DNA of 63,566 bases, the filler included, from Reclinomonas americana ATCC 50394 (lineage: Eukaryota), in assembly GCA_048213135.1 (NCBI GenBank). It is 19 parts of 19 records of this genome, joined end to end, with 100 filler letters (N's around TTAATTAATTAA, not from the genome) between each part and the next. Parts side by side here need not be neighbours in the genome. Positions count along the whole stretch, not along the records: positions 29,806 to 35,821 come from AFZH01020034.1; positions 35,922 to 37,887 come from AFZH01020036.1; positions 37,988 to 44,193 come from AFZH01020037.1; 16 more parts are not named here. One strand, given 5' to 3'. The notes below the pieces were generated by a model, which worked only from the letters and a program-made list of their open reading frames with translations, was not told the DNA's origin and did no database searches. The translations under genes were made by a program, and so were the position numbers. The stretch's first letter is position 1; every line of letters starts with the position of its first letter. This document shows, one piece after another, positions 29,920-39,255 of this stretch.

Positions 29920-30069
29920 CGAGATACCCCCCGAGAGCGTGGGGTCCGGTTCGCCTTCGCACGATGGGCGCGCCGGTTAGGGCGGGAGGCGCTTCGGCTC
30001 TCCTGTCCCGGACAACCCCTCATCTGACGGCCGCCGGCGTGCGGGGCGGCCGTCGCCTTGGAGTTTCCG

Positions 30070-30306
30070 ATGACCCAGCATTCCGGCCTGCCAGTTCAAG
30101 GCTATCGCCCTCAGAGCGGCGAGGCCGTGGCGCTGGTCAACCTGAACAAGCAGCTCGAGGAGCAGGTTCTCCGTGCGCTCGATCTGCTCGCGGCCAATCC
30201 CGAGATTGATGTCCGCTGGCTCGCGATCGGTCGCACCTCGATCGAGCAAGGCTTCATGGCCGTCAACCGCGCCGTCTTCAAACCCGCGCGCCTGGGTCAG
30301 GGCTGA
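30070..30306 (+). CDS. acb2: Acb2-like anti-CBASS cyclic-oligonucleotide sponge
   Basis: QHSGLPVQGYRPQSGEAVALVNLNKQLEE...RWLAIGRTSIEQGFMAVNRAVFKP versus Acb2 [24 protein letters not shown]...[24 protein letters not shown]. Confidence 0.8.
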   Translation: MTQHSGLPVQGYRPQSGEAVALVNLNKQLEEQVLRALDLLAANPEIDVRWLAIGRTSIEQGFMAVNRAVFKPARLGQG

Positions 30307-30308
30307 CC

Positions 30309-30734
30309 ATGGCCTACGCCACCGTCCATGACATGGTCGGCCGCTTCGGCGAGATTGAGATGCTGCGGCTCTCGTCCGTCGATGGCGTTCTGCCGGACGT
30401 GGTCAACCCCGTCCCGGTCGAGCAGGCGCTCGCCGACGCGGACGGCATCATCGATTCCTATCTGCGCAAGCGCTATCGCGTACCGCTCGCGCCCGTGCCG
30501 CAGGTCATCACCCGCGCCAGCTGCATCCTCGCCCGCTACGACCTCTCGGTCGGCGGCGATCGCGAGCCGGCCGACCAGGTCAAGAGCGACCGCAAGGACA
30601 TCGTCGCCTGGCTGACCCAGCTTTCGACCGGCACGGCGACGCTGGAAGGCGTCGCGCCGATCGAGCAGACGAGCTCGGCCCGCGCCAGCGATCGCCCGCG
30701 CATGTTCGGCCGCCATGGCGAGGTCGGGCTATGA
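30309..30734 (+). CDS. Head-tail connector (Mu gp36 / DUF1320)
   Basis: YATVHDMVGRFGEIEM...ALADADGIIDSYLRKRYRVPL. Confidence 0.9.
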   Translation: MAYATVHDMVGRFGEIEMLRLSSVDGVLPDVVNPVPVEQALADADGIIDSYLRKRYRVPLAPVPQVITRASCILARYDLSVGGDREPADQVKSDRKDIVAWLTQLSTGTATLEGVAPIEQTSSARASDRPRMFGRHGEVGL

Positions 30735-31312
30735 GCGTCGTCCTCGATCCCTTCACCGCCTGGACGCACGGCATCGAGGCGCGGCTACGCCTCTTCTTCA
30801 AGGCCGATCGCTGGGCCTTCCGTGTGGTGCCGGATCCGCTCTCGATCGAGGAGCTCAGGTCGCTCGTCAGCGAGCGCACGCCGTTGCTGGGGCTGGGCTG
30901 GCGCCAGCTGAACCCGAACGCCAACACGGTCGGCCGCCGCTTCCAGGGCGCCGCCGGGCTGCGCCTGACCATCGTGGTGAAGAACCCGACGCGCGCCGCT
31001 CGTTTCCTCGGCGACGGCAAGTCTCCCGGTCTCTATCCGGCGATGGCCGGCGCGATCGCTTTGTTGAACGGCTACACCCTGGTCGATGTCGGCACACTCT
31101 TCGTGACGGCCTGCTCCCAGGCGTACGCCCAGGGCTTCGGCGACATCACCGCTGTGATCGCCACGCTTGACCTCACGGCGACAATCGTCGTTGGCGACGT
31201 TACCGGTGATGGCGCCGCGGCACCCGACTTCCTGAAGCAAGTCTCCGAATTTGAGCCCTGGCCGGAAGGCAAGGATCGCGACGAACCCATCGATGTGAGG
31301 ACCGCGCCATGA
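30731..31312 (+). CDS. Tail completion/terminator protein (Mu gp37-like)
   Basis: Size and position between the gp36 and gp38 homologues. Confidence 0.65.
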   Translation: MSVVLDPFTAWTHGIEARLRLFFKADRWAFRVVPDPLSIEELRSLVSERTPLLGLGWRQLNPNANTVGRRFQGAAGLRLTIVVKNPTRAARFLGDGKSPGLYPAMAGAIALLNGYTLVDVGTLFVTACSQAYAQGFGDITAVIATLDLTATIVVGDVTGDGAAAPDFLKQVSEFEPWPEGKDRDEPIDVRTAP

Positions 31313-31503
31313 TCGACAAGCGCCTTTACCTGAAGGCGGCCGAGGGCCGGATCGTGCGCCGCCAGGAAGACGGCGAGCTCTGGCCGACCGAGGGCGACTG
31401 GGCCGAGCGCAGCCAGTTCGTGCGCCGGCGCCTGAAGGACGGCGACCTGGTCGAGGCGCAGCCCCCGAAGCCGGTGAAGCCGGCAGCCGACGAGAAGAAG
31501 TGA
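31309..31503 (+). CDS. Mu gp38-like (DUF2635) protein
   Basis: LKAAEGRIVR...FVRRRLKDGDLV. Confidence 0.85.
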   Translation: MIDKRLYLKAAEGRIVRRQEDGELWPTEGDWAERSQFVRRRLKDGDLVEAQPPKPVKPAADEKK

Positions 31504-31510
31504 GGGCGCG

Positions 31511-32971
31511 ATGATCAACTTCAACGAGATCCCGTACGACTGGCGCGTCCCGGGCACCTATGTCGAGGGCCGGCCGGTCTACGACCAGATGGGTCTGGTC
31601 TCCTTCCCGGCCGTCGCCTACCTCTTCGTCCAGAAGCTCGCGGCCGGCACAGCGGTCGTTGCGCAGCCCTATGAGATCACCCGGCCGGAGCAGGGCACGG
31701 CGCTGTTCGGTCCCGGCTCTGTCGGGCAGCAGATGGTCCGCGCCTGGAAGAAGGCCAACAAGACGAACCGGGTCTTCGCCATCGCACTGCCGGACGATGG
31801 CGCCGGCGTGAAGGAGGTCCGCACCTATACCTTCAGTGGTGCCGGCGCCGGCACAATCTCGATGTACATTCAGGGCCGCCGCGTCCGCTACAAGGCGACC
31901 TCGACGATGACGCCGACCCAGCACGCTGCCGCGGCGGTGCTGGCGATCAACGCCGATCCGGATATGCCCGTCGTCGCCACCTCGGCCGTCGCGGTGATGA
32001 CGTTGACGGCCAAGCATGCCGGCGAGGTCGGCAAGCATATCGACGTCCGCTTCCGCAAGACCGCTGAAGACATCCTGCCGGGCACGCTGGCGATCGCCGC
32101 GGCCGTGACCACACCCGGCACCGGCAACCCGGACGTCCAGGACATCCTCGACGCGGTCGCAAATACCTGGATCACCGACGTCGTCATGGCCTGGGACGAC
32201 GCCGCCAATCTCGAGCTCGTCGCCGAGGACTTCGCCGAGCGCTACAAGGCGATGGGCAAGAAGGACGGCCACATCTATGTCGGCCATCGCGGCACCTATG
32301 GCGAGCTCGGCACCAAGGGCGCGCTGACCAACTCGCCGCACCTCACGGCGATCGGAGCCAAGGCCGGCCTGCAGGCGCCCTGGGAATGGGCGGCTGCGCT
32401 TGGCGGCCTGTGCACCTTCCATCTGACCAACGATCCGGCCCGGCAGCTGCGCTCGCTCGTGCTGCCCGGCATCGATGCGCCAGAGGATGCCGACTGCTTC
32501 ATCGAGACCGAGCGCGACCTGCTGCTGCGCCAGGGTATTTCGACCTGGACGCGCCTGGTGGACGGCAATGTCGTGATCGAGCGCGTCATCACCACCTACA
32601 AGGTCTCGAACCTCGCGGTGGCCGACACCGCCTGGCTCGACATCATGGTGCCGAAGACGCTGACGCGGATCCGCTACGACTGGGCCGCCTATGTCACGCT
32701 GATGTACCCGCGCAGCAAGCTGGCGCCAGACGACAGCGTCGCCGCCAACAACAACGATGTCGTCGTGACGCCGAAACGGATGGCCGGCACCTGGGCGTCG
32801 CGCTGCAAGCTCTACGAGCGACAGGCCTGGATCGTCGAGGTGGCTCGCACGCTCGAACTCAGCCGCTTCGAGATCGACGAGAGCGACAAGAACCGCCTGA
32901 ACGGCCAGCAGCGCATCAACATTATCGGCAACCTGATGGTGCTCGCGGCCGCGCTGGAATTCGAGGCCTGA
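31511..32971 (+). CDS. Tail sheath protein (Mu gpL-like)
   Basis: INFNEIPYDWRVPGTYVE, LFGPGS, DPARQLRSLVLPG and IERVITTY. Confidence 0.95.
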   Translation: MINFNEIPYDWRVPGTYVEGRPVYDQMGLVSFPAVAYLFVQKLAAGTAVVAQPYEITRPEQGTALFGPGSVGQQMVRAWKKANKTNRVFAIALPDDGAGVKEVRTYTFSGAGAGTISMYIQGRRVRYKATSTMTPTQHAAAAVLAINADPDMPVVATSAVAVMTLTAKHAGEVGKHIDVRFRKTAEDILPGTLAIAAAVTTPGTGNPDVQDILDAVANTWITDVVMAWDDAANLELVAEDFAERYKAMGKKDGHIYVGHRGTYGELGTKGALTNSPHLTAIGAKAGLQAPWEWAAALGGLCTFHLTNDPARQLRSLVLPGIDAPEDADCFIETERDLLLRQGISTWTRLVDGNVVIERVITTYKVSNLAVADTAWLDIMVPKTLTRIRYDWAAYVTLMYPRSKLAPDDSVAANNNDVVVTPKRMAGTWASRCKLYERQAWIVEVARTLELSRFEIDESDKNRLNGQQRINIIGNLMVLAAALEFEA

Positions 32972-33006
32972 GCAGGCGCTCCAACCACCTTTGAAAGGAG
33001 GCCGTC

Positions 33007-33369
33007 GTGACGCAGGTCCTCGGCATCGTAGACATCGTCTGGCAGGGCCGGAACATCCCGGTCGAGAAGGGCGCCAAGCTCAAGCTCGGCGGGATCATGA
33101 ACAAGCCCGTTGTCTACGGCCGAAAGGTCGGCCGCGCGCAGGAGTTCGCTGGCTCGGAGATCGAGGCGACGACCGTCCTGGAGCGGGGACAGAAGTTCAA
33201 GGAGCTCTACAGCGTCGGCGAGGGCGAACTGCAGGTGCAGTGCGACACTGGCCAGGTCTTCACCTGGCCTGACGCCTTCCTGACCGACCAGCGCGAAATG
33301 ACCGGCGGCGAAGGCGGCAAGGTGCCGCTGAAGTGGTCCGGCGGTGAACCCGAGGAGATCGTCGCGTGA
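33007..33369 (+). CDS. Tail tube protein
   Basis: 120 aa directly after the sheath; LQVQCDTGQVF...GGKVPLKW. Confidence 0.88.
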   Translation: MTQVLGIVDIVWQGRNIPVEKGAKLKLGGIMNKPVVYGRKVGRAQEFAGSEIEATTVLERGQKFKELYSVGEGELQVQCDTGQVFTWPDAFLTDQREMTGGEGGKVPLKWSGGEPEEIVA

Positions 33370-33818
33370 CCAATGCACCCGCCCGTAGGATTTCCGTGAT
33401 GCCGCCTGGCCACGCGGAGCTTGAGGAGTCTGACGCCGAGATCGGCCGCTCCAGCCGGGACGAAGCGGTCATCGAGGAGGGTGGCGAGGAGGCCGCGTCG
33501 AGGGCGGCGAAGCTGCCGGCACGCGCCGTACGCAACGATGACGGCTCGTACACCCTGCCGCTGCTCAAGCCCGTCGAGCTCAAGATCAAGAAGAGCGGGG
33601 TGGTGATCCGGACGGAGAACGTCGACGAGCTGCGGTTGCGCGAGCTCACCGGCGCCGACATGCGCATCATCTTGCAGGCCTCGGCCGACATGCAGCCGGT
33701 GACCACCCTGGCGCGCGCAGCCGACATCGCGACGCAGAGGATGATGGTGATCTTCGACAACATGGGAGCGCGCGATATCGCGGCGGCGACCGCTATCGTC
33801 TCGTTTCTTTCAGAGTGA
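33366..33818 (+). CDS. Tail assembly chaperone (Mu gp41-like)
   Basis: YTLPLLKPV...LRLRELTGADM...MGARDI. Confidence 0.85.
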   Translation: MTNAPARRISVMPPGHAELEESDAEIGRSSRDEAVIEEGGEEAASRAAKLPARAVRNDDGSYTLPLLKPVELKIKKSGVVIRTENVDELRLRELTGADMRIILQASADMQPVTTLARAADIATQRMMVIFDNMGARDIAAATAIVSFLSE

Positions 33819-33969
33819 GTGGCCGGACGACTGGGCTCTGATCGTTGCAGCCGTCGCCCGCTACTACGGCGGCGGCTTCGCCCAGGCCGAGGCGCTGACG
33901 CTCGCCGAGCTCCGCTGGTGGCACAATTGCGCTGCCGAGATCGAGCGTCGCGCCCGCGAGGAAAGCTGA
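33805..33969 (+). CDS. Frameshift extension of the tail chaperone (P2 GpE'-like)
   Basis: The +1 frame reads FFQSEWPDDWALIVAAVARYYGGGFAQAEALTLAELRWW...*, with no ATG or GTG of its own. Confidence 0.65.
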   Translation, partial: FFQSEWPDDWALIVAAVARYYGGGFAQAEALTLAELRWWHNCAAEIERRAREES

Positions 33970-33970
33970 C

Positions 33971-35821
33971 ATGGCCGGACGTGATATGAAGGTCTCGGTC
34001 CTCGTCCAGCTGGTCGACCGGCTGACGGCGCCGCTGCGCGGAATGATGCGCGGCATCTCCTCGATCGGCTCGGGCATCGCCAATATCGGCCGGCAGATCG
34101 GTGTCGTCGGTGGCGCGCTCGCTGCCATTTCCTTCTCGGCGCCGATTCAGCAGGCCGCCGCCTGGGATGCTTCGCTGCGCGATATTGCCATCACCGCCGG
34201 CAAGACCGGCGGCGAGGTCGAGAAGATGATCGGCGAGATCTCGGCGCAGTATCAGAAGCTCGCGCTGGAAACCGGCCAGCGCTCGGCCGACATCGCCAGC
34301 GGCGCCCAGCTGCTCGTCGCGTCCGGTATGGATTCGGGGCTGATCGACAAGCTGATGCCGACGATCGCCAAGGTGGCAACGGCGGCCAATGCCACGCTCG
34401 AAGACACGTCGAAGACGGCCTTCGCCCTCTCTGACACGCTGAAGATCGCGCCCGACCAGATGGAGGCGGCGCTCGGCAAGCTCGTGACGGCCGGCAAGCT
34501 CGGGCGGTTCGAGTTCAAGAACATGGCGGCCGAGTTTCCTGCGCTCACCAACCAGATGGCGAAGTTCGGCATCACCGGCATGGAGGCCGTATCAAGCCTC
34601 GGCGCCTCGCTGCAGATTGCCATGCTCGGCACCGCCAACCCGTCCGAGGCGGCGAACAACCTCAAGAACTTCCTGACCAAGATCAATGCGCCCGAGGCGA
34701 TCAAGAAGTTCGAGAAGGAGTTGAAGGTCGACGTCACCGGCGTGATGACCGATGCCGCGGCCAAAGGCATCAACCCGGTCGAGGCCGTCATCCAAAAGAT
34801 GTCGGACAAGCTGAAGGTGCCGCAGGCCGAGATCGACAAGATCATGAAGAAGGCCAATGCCGGCCCCGGCACGGACAAGGACAAGCAGGAGGCGGCGAAG
34901 AAGCAGATCGCCCAGCTGCTGGCCGGCACCAAGGTCGGCCGGCTCTATGCCGACATGCAGGTGCTCGACTTCCTGATCCCGACGCTGCTTAACCTGGAGA
35001 AGCTGAAGGACTTCAAGCGCCAGGTGCACGAGGCCGGCGCAGACGTCATCAACCAGGACTTCCAGAGCCGCATGCGCGGCCTGTCGCAGCAGCTGCTCCT
35101 CTTCGGCGAACTCGGCAGCCAGGCGCTGCGCCGGATCGGCGTCGCCTTCGCCTCGAACCTGCCGCTGGCGAACCGGGCGATCAGCGAGCTGTTGCGGTGG
35201 GTGGTGGTGATCGACGGCAAATGGCCTGGCCTGATCGACGGCGCGCTATCCTGGGCGGGAGCGATCCTCGCCCTGGGAGCCGGCATCGCGATCCTGACGC
35301 CCGTCTTCTCAGCCTTGGCGGCCGCGATCGCGCTGCTCATCTCGCCGATCGGCCTGGTCGTGACCGGCATCGCCGCACTCGCCGCCGGCGCCGCCTACCT
35401 CTACCAGAACTGGGCGACGGTCGGCCCGCAGCTCTCGCAACTGTGGACCGATATCGGCGCACAGTTCTCTGCCGCCTGGGAGAGCATTCGGTCGGGCCAG
35501 GCGCTCGAGGGCCTGATCGCCTGGCTCGGGGCGAAGATCCCCGAGCTCGCCACCGCCGTGGTCAACAATCTGCCGGCGATGGTCGACGCCGGCGGCCGGC
35601 TCCTGACCTCGCTCGGCGAGGGCATGACGGCCGGCCTCGTGGCGATCGTCGCCATGATCGCCAGCGTGGTCGCACAGATCGGCGCGGCGATCGTCGCAAA
35701 CGCGGGCGTGCTCGCCCAGGCCGGCGCCAGTCTGATCTCGGCGCTCTGGGACGGCATGAAGGCGAAGTTCGACGAGCTCATTGCCTGGGTGAGCGGCAAA
35801 ATCTCCGAGTTGACCGGGATG
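33971..35821 (+). CDS. Tape measure protein, 3' partial
   Basis: VQLVDRLTAPLR N-terminus, AGKLGRFEFKNMA, EAANNLKNFL, and Ala/Gly-rich repeats with TM segments. Confidence 0.92.
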
Positions 35822-35921
35822 NNNNNNNNNNNNNNNNNNNNNNNNNNNNNNNNNNNNNNNNNNNNTTAATTAATTAANNNNNNNNNNNNNNNNNNNNNNN
35901 NNNNNNNNNNNNNNNNNNNNN

Positions 35922-36126
35922 CGAGGTGATCGGCCGTCTGCAGCCGGTGATCACGATCGATCCGCCGCGCGCCGGCGCCTGGCTGCTGGCCCAGCATTAC
36001 GCCGGCGACGATCCGCGCCAGGTCGTGCCGATGCTGCATGACATCGTCCAGCGCAACCGCCTGCGCCATCCGGCTATTCTCGGCGCCGGGCCGATCGAGG
36101 TGCTGAAGCAGGAGAGCGGCCGATGA
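35922..36126 (+). CDS. DNA circularisation protein (Mu gpN-like), C-terminus
   Basis: AWLLAQHYAGD...IVQRNRLRHPAIL. Confidence 0.75.
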
Positions 36127-37382
36127 CGCAGGTCTATCTGCCAGCGAAGATCCCGACGCGCCGGATCGCACTGAAGATCGACGGTAAGACCATCGACCGC
36201 TGGACGCGGGTCGAGCTCGTCCACGACATGGGCGAGCTCTCCGCCTCCTTCGAGCTCACCGTCCATGACGACGAGCGAGCCAAGGGCACCTGGGAATGGA
36301 CGACGCCGGCCGGCGATGGCGAGCCGATGAACTGGGGCCGCAAGGCCGAGATCACGATCGACGGCGAAACCTGGTTGATCGGCTGGATCGATGACGTCAC
36401 CTCGGAAGCCGGCGAGCAGGGCGGCGGCTATGTCACGATCTGCGGCCGCGACAAGACCGGCGACCTCGTCGACTGTCCGCCCGATCCGCGCGGCAAGCAC
36501 GAATACAAGAAGATCAAGCTCGAGGAGTTCGCCAAGAAGCTCTGCGAGCCCTTCGGCATCAACGTCAAATGCGATGTCGACACCGGCCCGGTGCTCGACA
36601 AGGCGACGGTCGAGGCCGGCGAGACCGTGATCTCGGCCCTGGCCAAATACGCCAAGCAACGCGCCGTGATCATCACCAGCGATCGTGTCGGCGGCATCCT
36701 GATCACCCGCTCCGGCAAGAAGAAGGCGATCGACGAGATCCATTTTCCCGGCAACGTCACCAGGGTGCGCGCCACCTTCTCGGCGCGCGAGCGCTTCAGC
36801 GACTATTTCGTCAAGGGCCAGAGCGAGAAGAATGGAGGCCGCCGGCCGGAAAAGGCGGCCTTGGACGCCTCGGCCGAGCCGCTCGACGAGGCGCCGGAGC
36901 AACCGGCGCCGGCAACCGATTCCCCGCTCGACAAGCCGGGGGGCGCCGGCGCCCATGTCATGGGCCATGCCCAGGACACGGAGGTCAAACGTTGGCGGCC
37001 GCACATCTCGATGTCGCGCACCCAGGCCAAGGACGTGGACGCCCAGAAGCAGGCCGACTGGGAGATGCGGACCCGCCGGTCGAAGGGCGACAAAATGGAC
37101 TACAGCTATCGCGGCATCACCGGCGGCCCGGAGCAGAAGCCCTGGCAGATGAACACGGTCGCCTTCTGCGAGGATGACTATGCCGGTCTCTCCTCCGAGC
37201 AGCTGATCGCCGGCGTCTCGATCACCTATGACGAGCGGGGCGAGATGACCCGGTTGCGCGTCACCGGGCGGGAGGCCTTCGACCTGCTGCCGGTCGGCGA
37301 TCGCCGCAGCCAGAAGAAGTCCAGCAAGAAGAAGGGCGGCAGCAAGCCCGGCGGGCTCGACGGCACCGCCAAGCCGCTCTGA
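36123..37382 (+). CDS. Baseplate hub protein (Mu gp44/gpP-like)
   Basis: LKIDGKTIDRWTRV...GRDKTGDLVDC...ERFSDYFVKGQ. Confidence 0.9.
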   Translation: MTQVYLPAKIPTRRIALKIDGKTIDRWTRVELVHDMGELSASFELTVHDDERAKGTWEWTTPAGDGEPMNWGRKAEITIDGETWLIGWIDDVTSEAGEQGGGYVTICGRDKTGDLVDCPPDPRGKHEYKKIKLEEFAKKLCEPFGINVKCDVDTGPVLDKATVEAGETVISALAKYAKQRAVIITSDRVGGILITRSGKKKAIDEIHFPGNVTRVRATFSARERFSDYFVKGQSEKNGGRRPEKAALDASAEPLDEAPEQPAPATDSPLDKPGGAGAHVMGHAQDTEVKRWRPHISMSRTQAKDVDAQKQADWEMRTRRSKGDKMDYSYRGITGGPEQKPWQMNTVAFCEDDYAGLSSEQLIAGVSITYDERGEMTRLRVTGREAFDLLPVGDRRSQKKSSKKKGGSKPGGLDGTAKPL

Positions 37383-37393
37383 CAGGAGGAACC

Positions 37394-37887
37394 ATGTCGG
37401 CCGACCCTGAAACCGCCCACGCCTATCGCGGCATCGTCGCGCGCGCCGCGGTACGGTCAACCAACGACAAGGGCGGCAGCCAGACAGCGACGGTCGAGGT
37501 GCATCGCCATGTCGAGCGTTCCGATGTCGAGGTGCTGGGCATCGCCGGCGTGTCAAGCCGGCCGGCGCCAGGCGGCGAGGCGATCGTGCTTGCGGTCGGC
37601 GCAGACCAGGGCGACCTGGTGGCGCTGCCCCTGCAGGCGCCTGGAAACCGTATGGGCGGGCTGGCAGAGGGCGAGGTCGCGATGCACAACCTCAAGGGCG
37701 ACCGTGTTCATGTGAAGGCTGACGGCTCGATAGAGGCGACCAGCCGCAAGCGGGTGAAATCGAAGGTGAAGGACGCCACCGTCGAGGTGCTCGATGACCG
37801 GATCATTGTGAAGCTCGGCTCGGCGGCGAACGCGCCGCGCATCGTCGTCAGGCCGGACTATGTGAAGCTGCGCAAAGGCGACCATTG
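37394..37887 (+). CDS. Baseplate spike (Mu gp45-like), 3' partial
   Basis: GVSSRPAPGGEAIVLAVG...GLAEGEVAMHN..GD. Confidence 0.85.
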
Positions 37888-37987
37888 NNNNNNNNNNNNN
37901 NNNNNNNNNNNNNNNNNNNNNNNNNNNNNNNTTAATTAATTAANNNNNNNNNNNNNNNNNNNNNNNNNNNNNNNNNNNNNNNNNNNN

Positions 37988-38658
37988 AGGCGGCCGAGGG
38001 CGGCGTCCTCGGCAACACCGCCGGCGGCGCCACCCTGCCGATCGTCACCGTCCAGGGAGGCCTGGACCCGCAGGCGGCCGTTCTCGATGCCGATGGCATG
38101 GCAGGTGGCTCCGAGGAGGAGACTGACGAGTCGCTGCTCGCCCGCGTCCTGGTCGAGATCCGCGAACCCGGCCATGGCGGCAACAAGAACGACTATCGGG
38201 TCTGGATCCAGAACGCCTTCGCCGTCGCCAAGGTCGCCACTGTGCCGCTCTGGGTCGGCCCCGGCTCGGTCGGCGTCGTCGTCGCCATGGGAACGGCCGT
38301 CGCGCCGGCAGTGCCGATTCCGGCCGAGCTCGACGCCATGGCGGCTCATCTCGATCCGCTCCGGCCGCTTACGGCCGAGGTCCATGTCCGGCCGGTGGTG
38401 CTGCAGTCTGTACCGCTGCAACTCGCTGTCTTTCCCGACACGGTGCCGGTGCGCGCGGCCGTCGAAGGCGCGGCCGCGGCGCATTTCGCAGCCGAGGCCG
38501 AGATCGGCCAGCTCTTCGCCCGCTCGCGTCTCTCCGAGGCGATCAGCGCCGCCAATGGCGAATATCGCCACTATCTCGTGCTGCCGCCCGGCGACGTGCT
38601 GCCGGCCCGCGACGCCTTGCCGGTGCTCGGCGGCGTCACCTGGGACGCGCCGCCATGA
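37988..38658 (+). CDS. Baseplate J / Mu gp47 protein, 5' partial
   Basis: GGSEEETDESLLARVL...PGHGGNKNDYRVW. Confidence 0.88.
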
Positions 38659-39254
38659 GCCGCAGCGAGGACCAGGTCCTGGACGAGCTGCTCTCGCATC
38701 TGCCGCCGGGCTGGATCTGGCGGCGCGATCGCGACAGCCTGATCGCTGCACTGCTCTCCCCGCTCGCCGGCGGTATCGCCGATGTCGAAGAGCTGGCGGA
38801 GGAGATGCTGCACGAGGTCGATCCGCGCCTCGCCAGCGTCTGTCTGCCCGACTTCGAGCGCGTGCTGGGGCCTGATCCCTGCGGCCGCGACACCTCGACC
38901 ATGTCGCTCGCCGATCGGCGCCAGCTCGCCCATCAGCGCTGGACGGCGCGCGGCGGCGCCTCGCGGCAATATTTCATCGACCTTGCGGCCATGCGCGGCA
39001 TCGCGATCACGATCAGCGAGAACCGCGTTTCATATGCCGGAAGGCTCGTGGCGGGCGGCAAATTGGTGGAGCCGCCGCAGCAGTTCGTCTGGACGGTGCA
39101 TCTGCCCAGCTTGACCCGGAAGCGTCTGTTTACAGCGGGCGCGAGCCAGGCGGGCGAGCGCCTCGTCACCTTCACCCTCAGCGATATCGAATGCGACATC
39201 CGGCGGCTCAAGCCGGCGCATACCGAGGTCGTTTTTCGTTACGGGAGCGCCTGA
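38655..39254 (+). CDS. Mu gp48-like (DUF2313/YmfQ) baseplate protein
   Basis: LLSHLPPGWIW...LPDFERVLG...GGASRQYFI...RLKPAHT. Confidence 0.9.
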   Translation: MSRSEDQVLDELLSHLPPGWIWRRDRDSLIAALLSPLAGGIADVEELAEEMLHEVDPRLASVCLPDFERVLGPDPCGRDTSTMSLADRRQLAHQRWTARGGASRQYFIDLAAMRGIAITISENRVSYAGRLVAGGKLVEPPQQFVWTVHLPSLTRKRLFTAGASQAGERLVTFTLSDIECDIRRLKPAHTEVVFRYGSA

Positions 39255-39255
39255 T

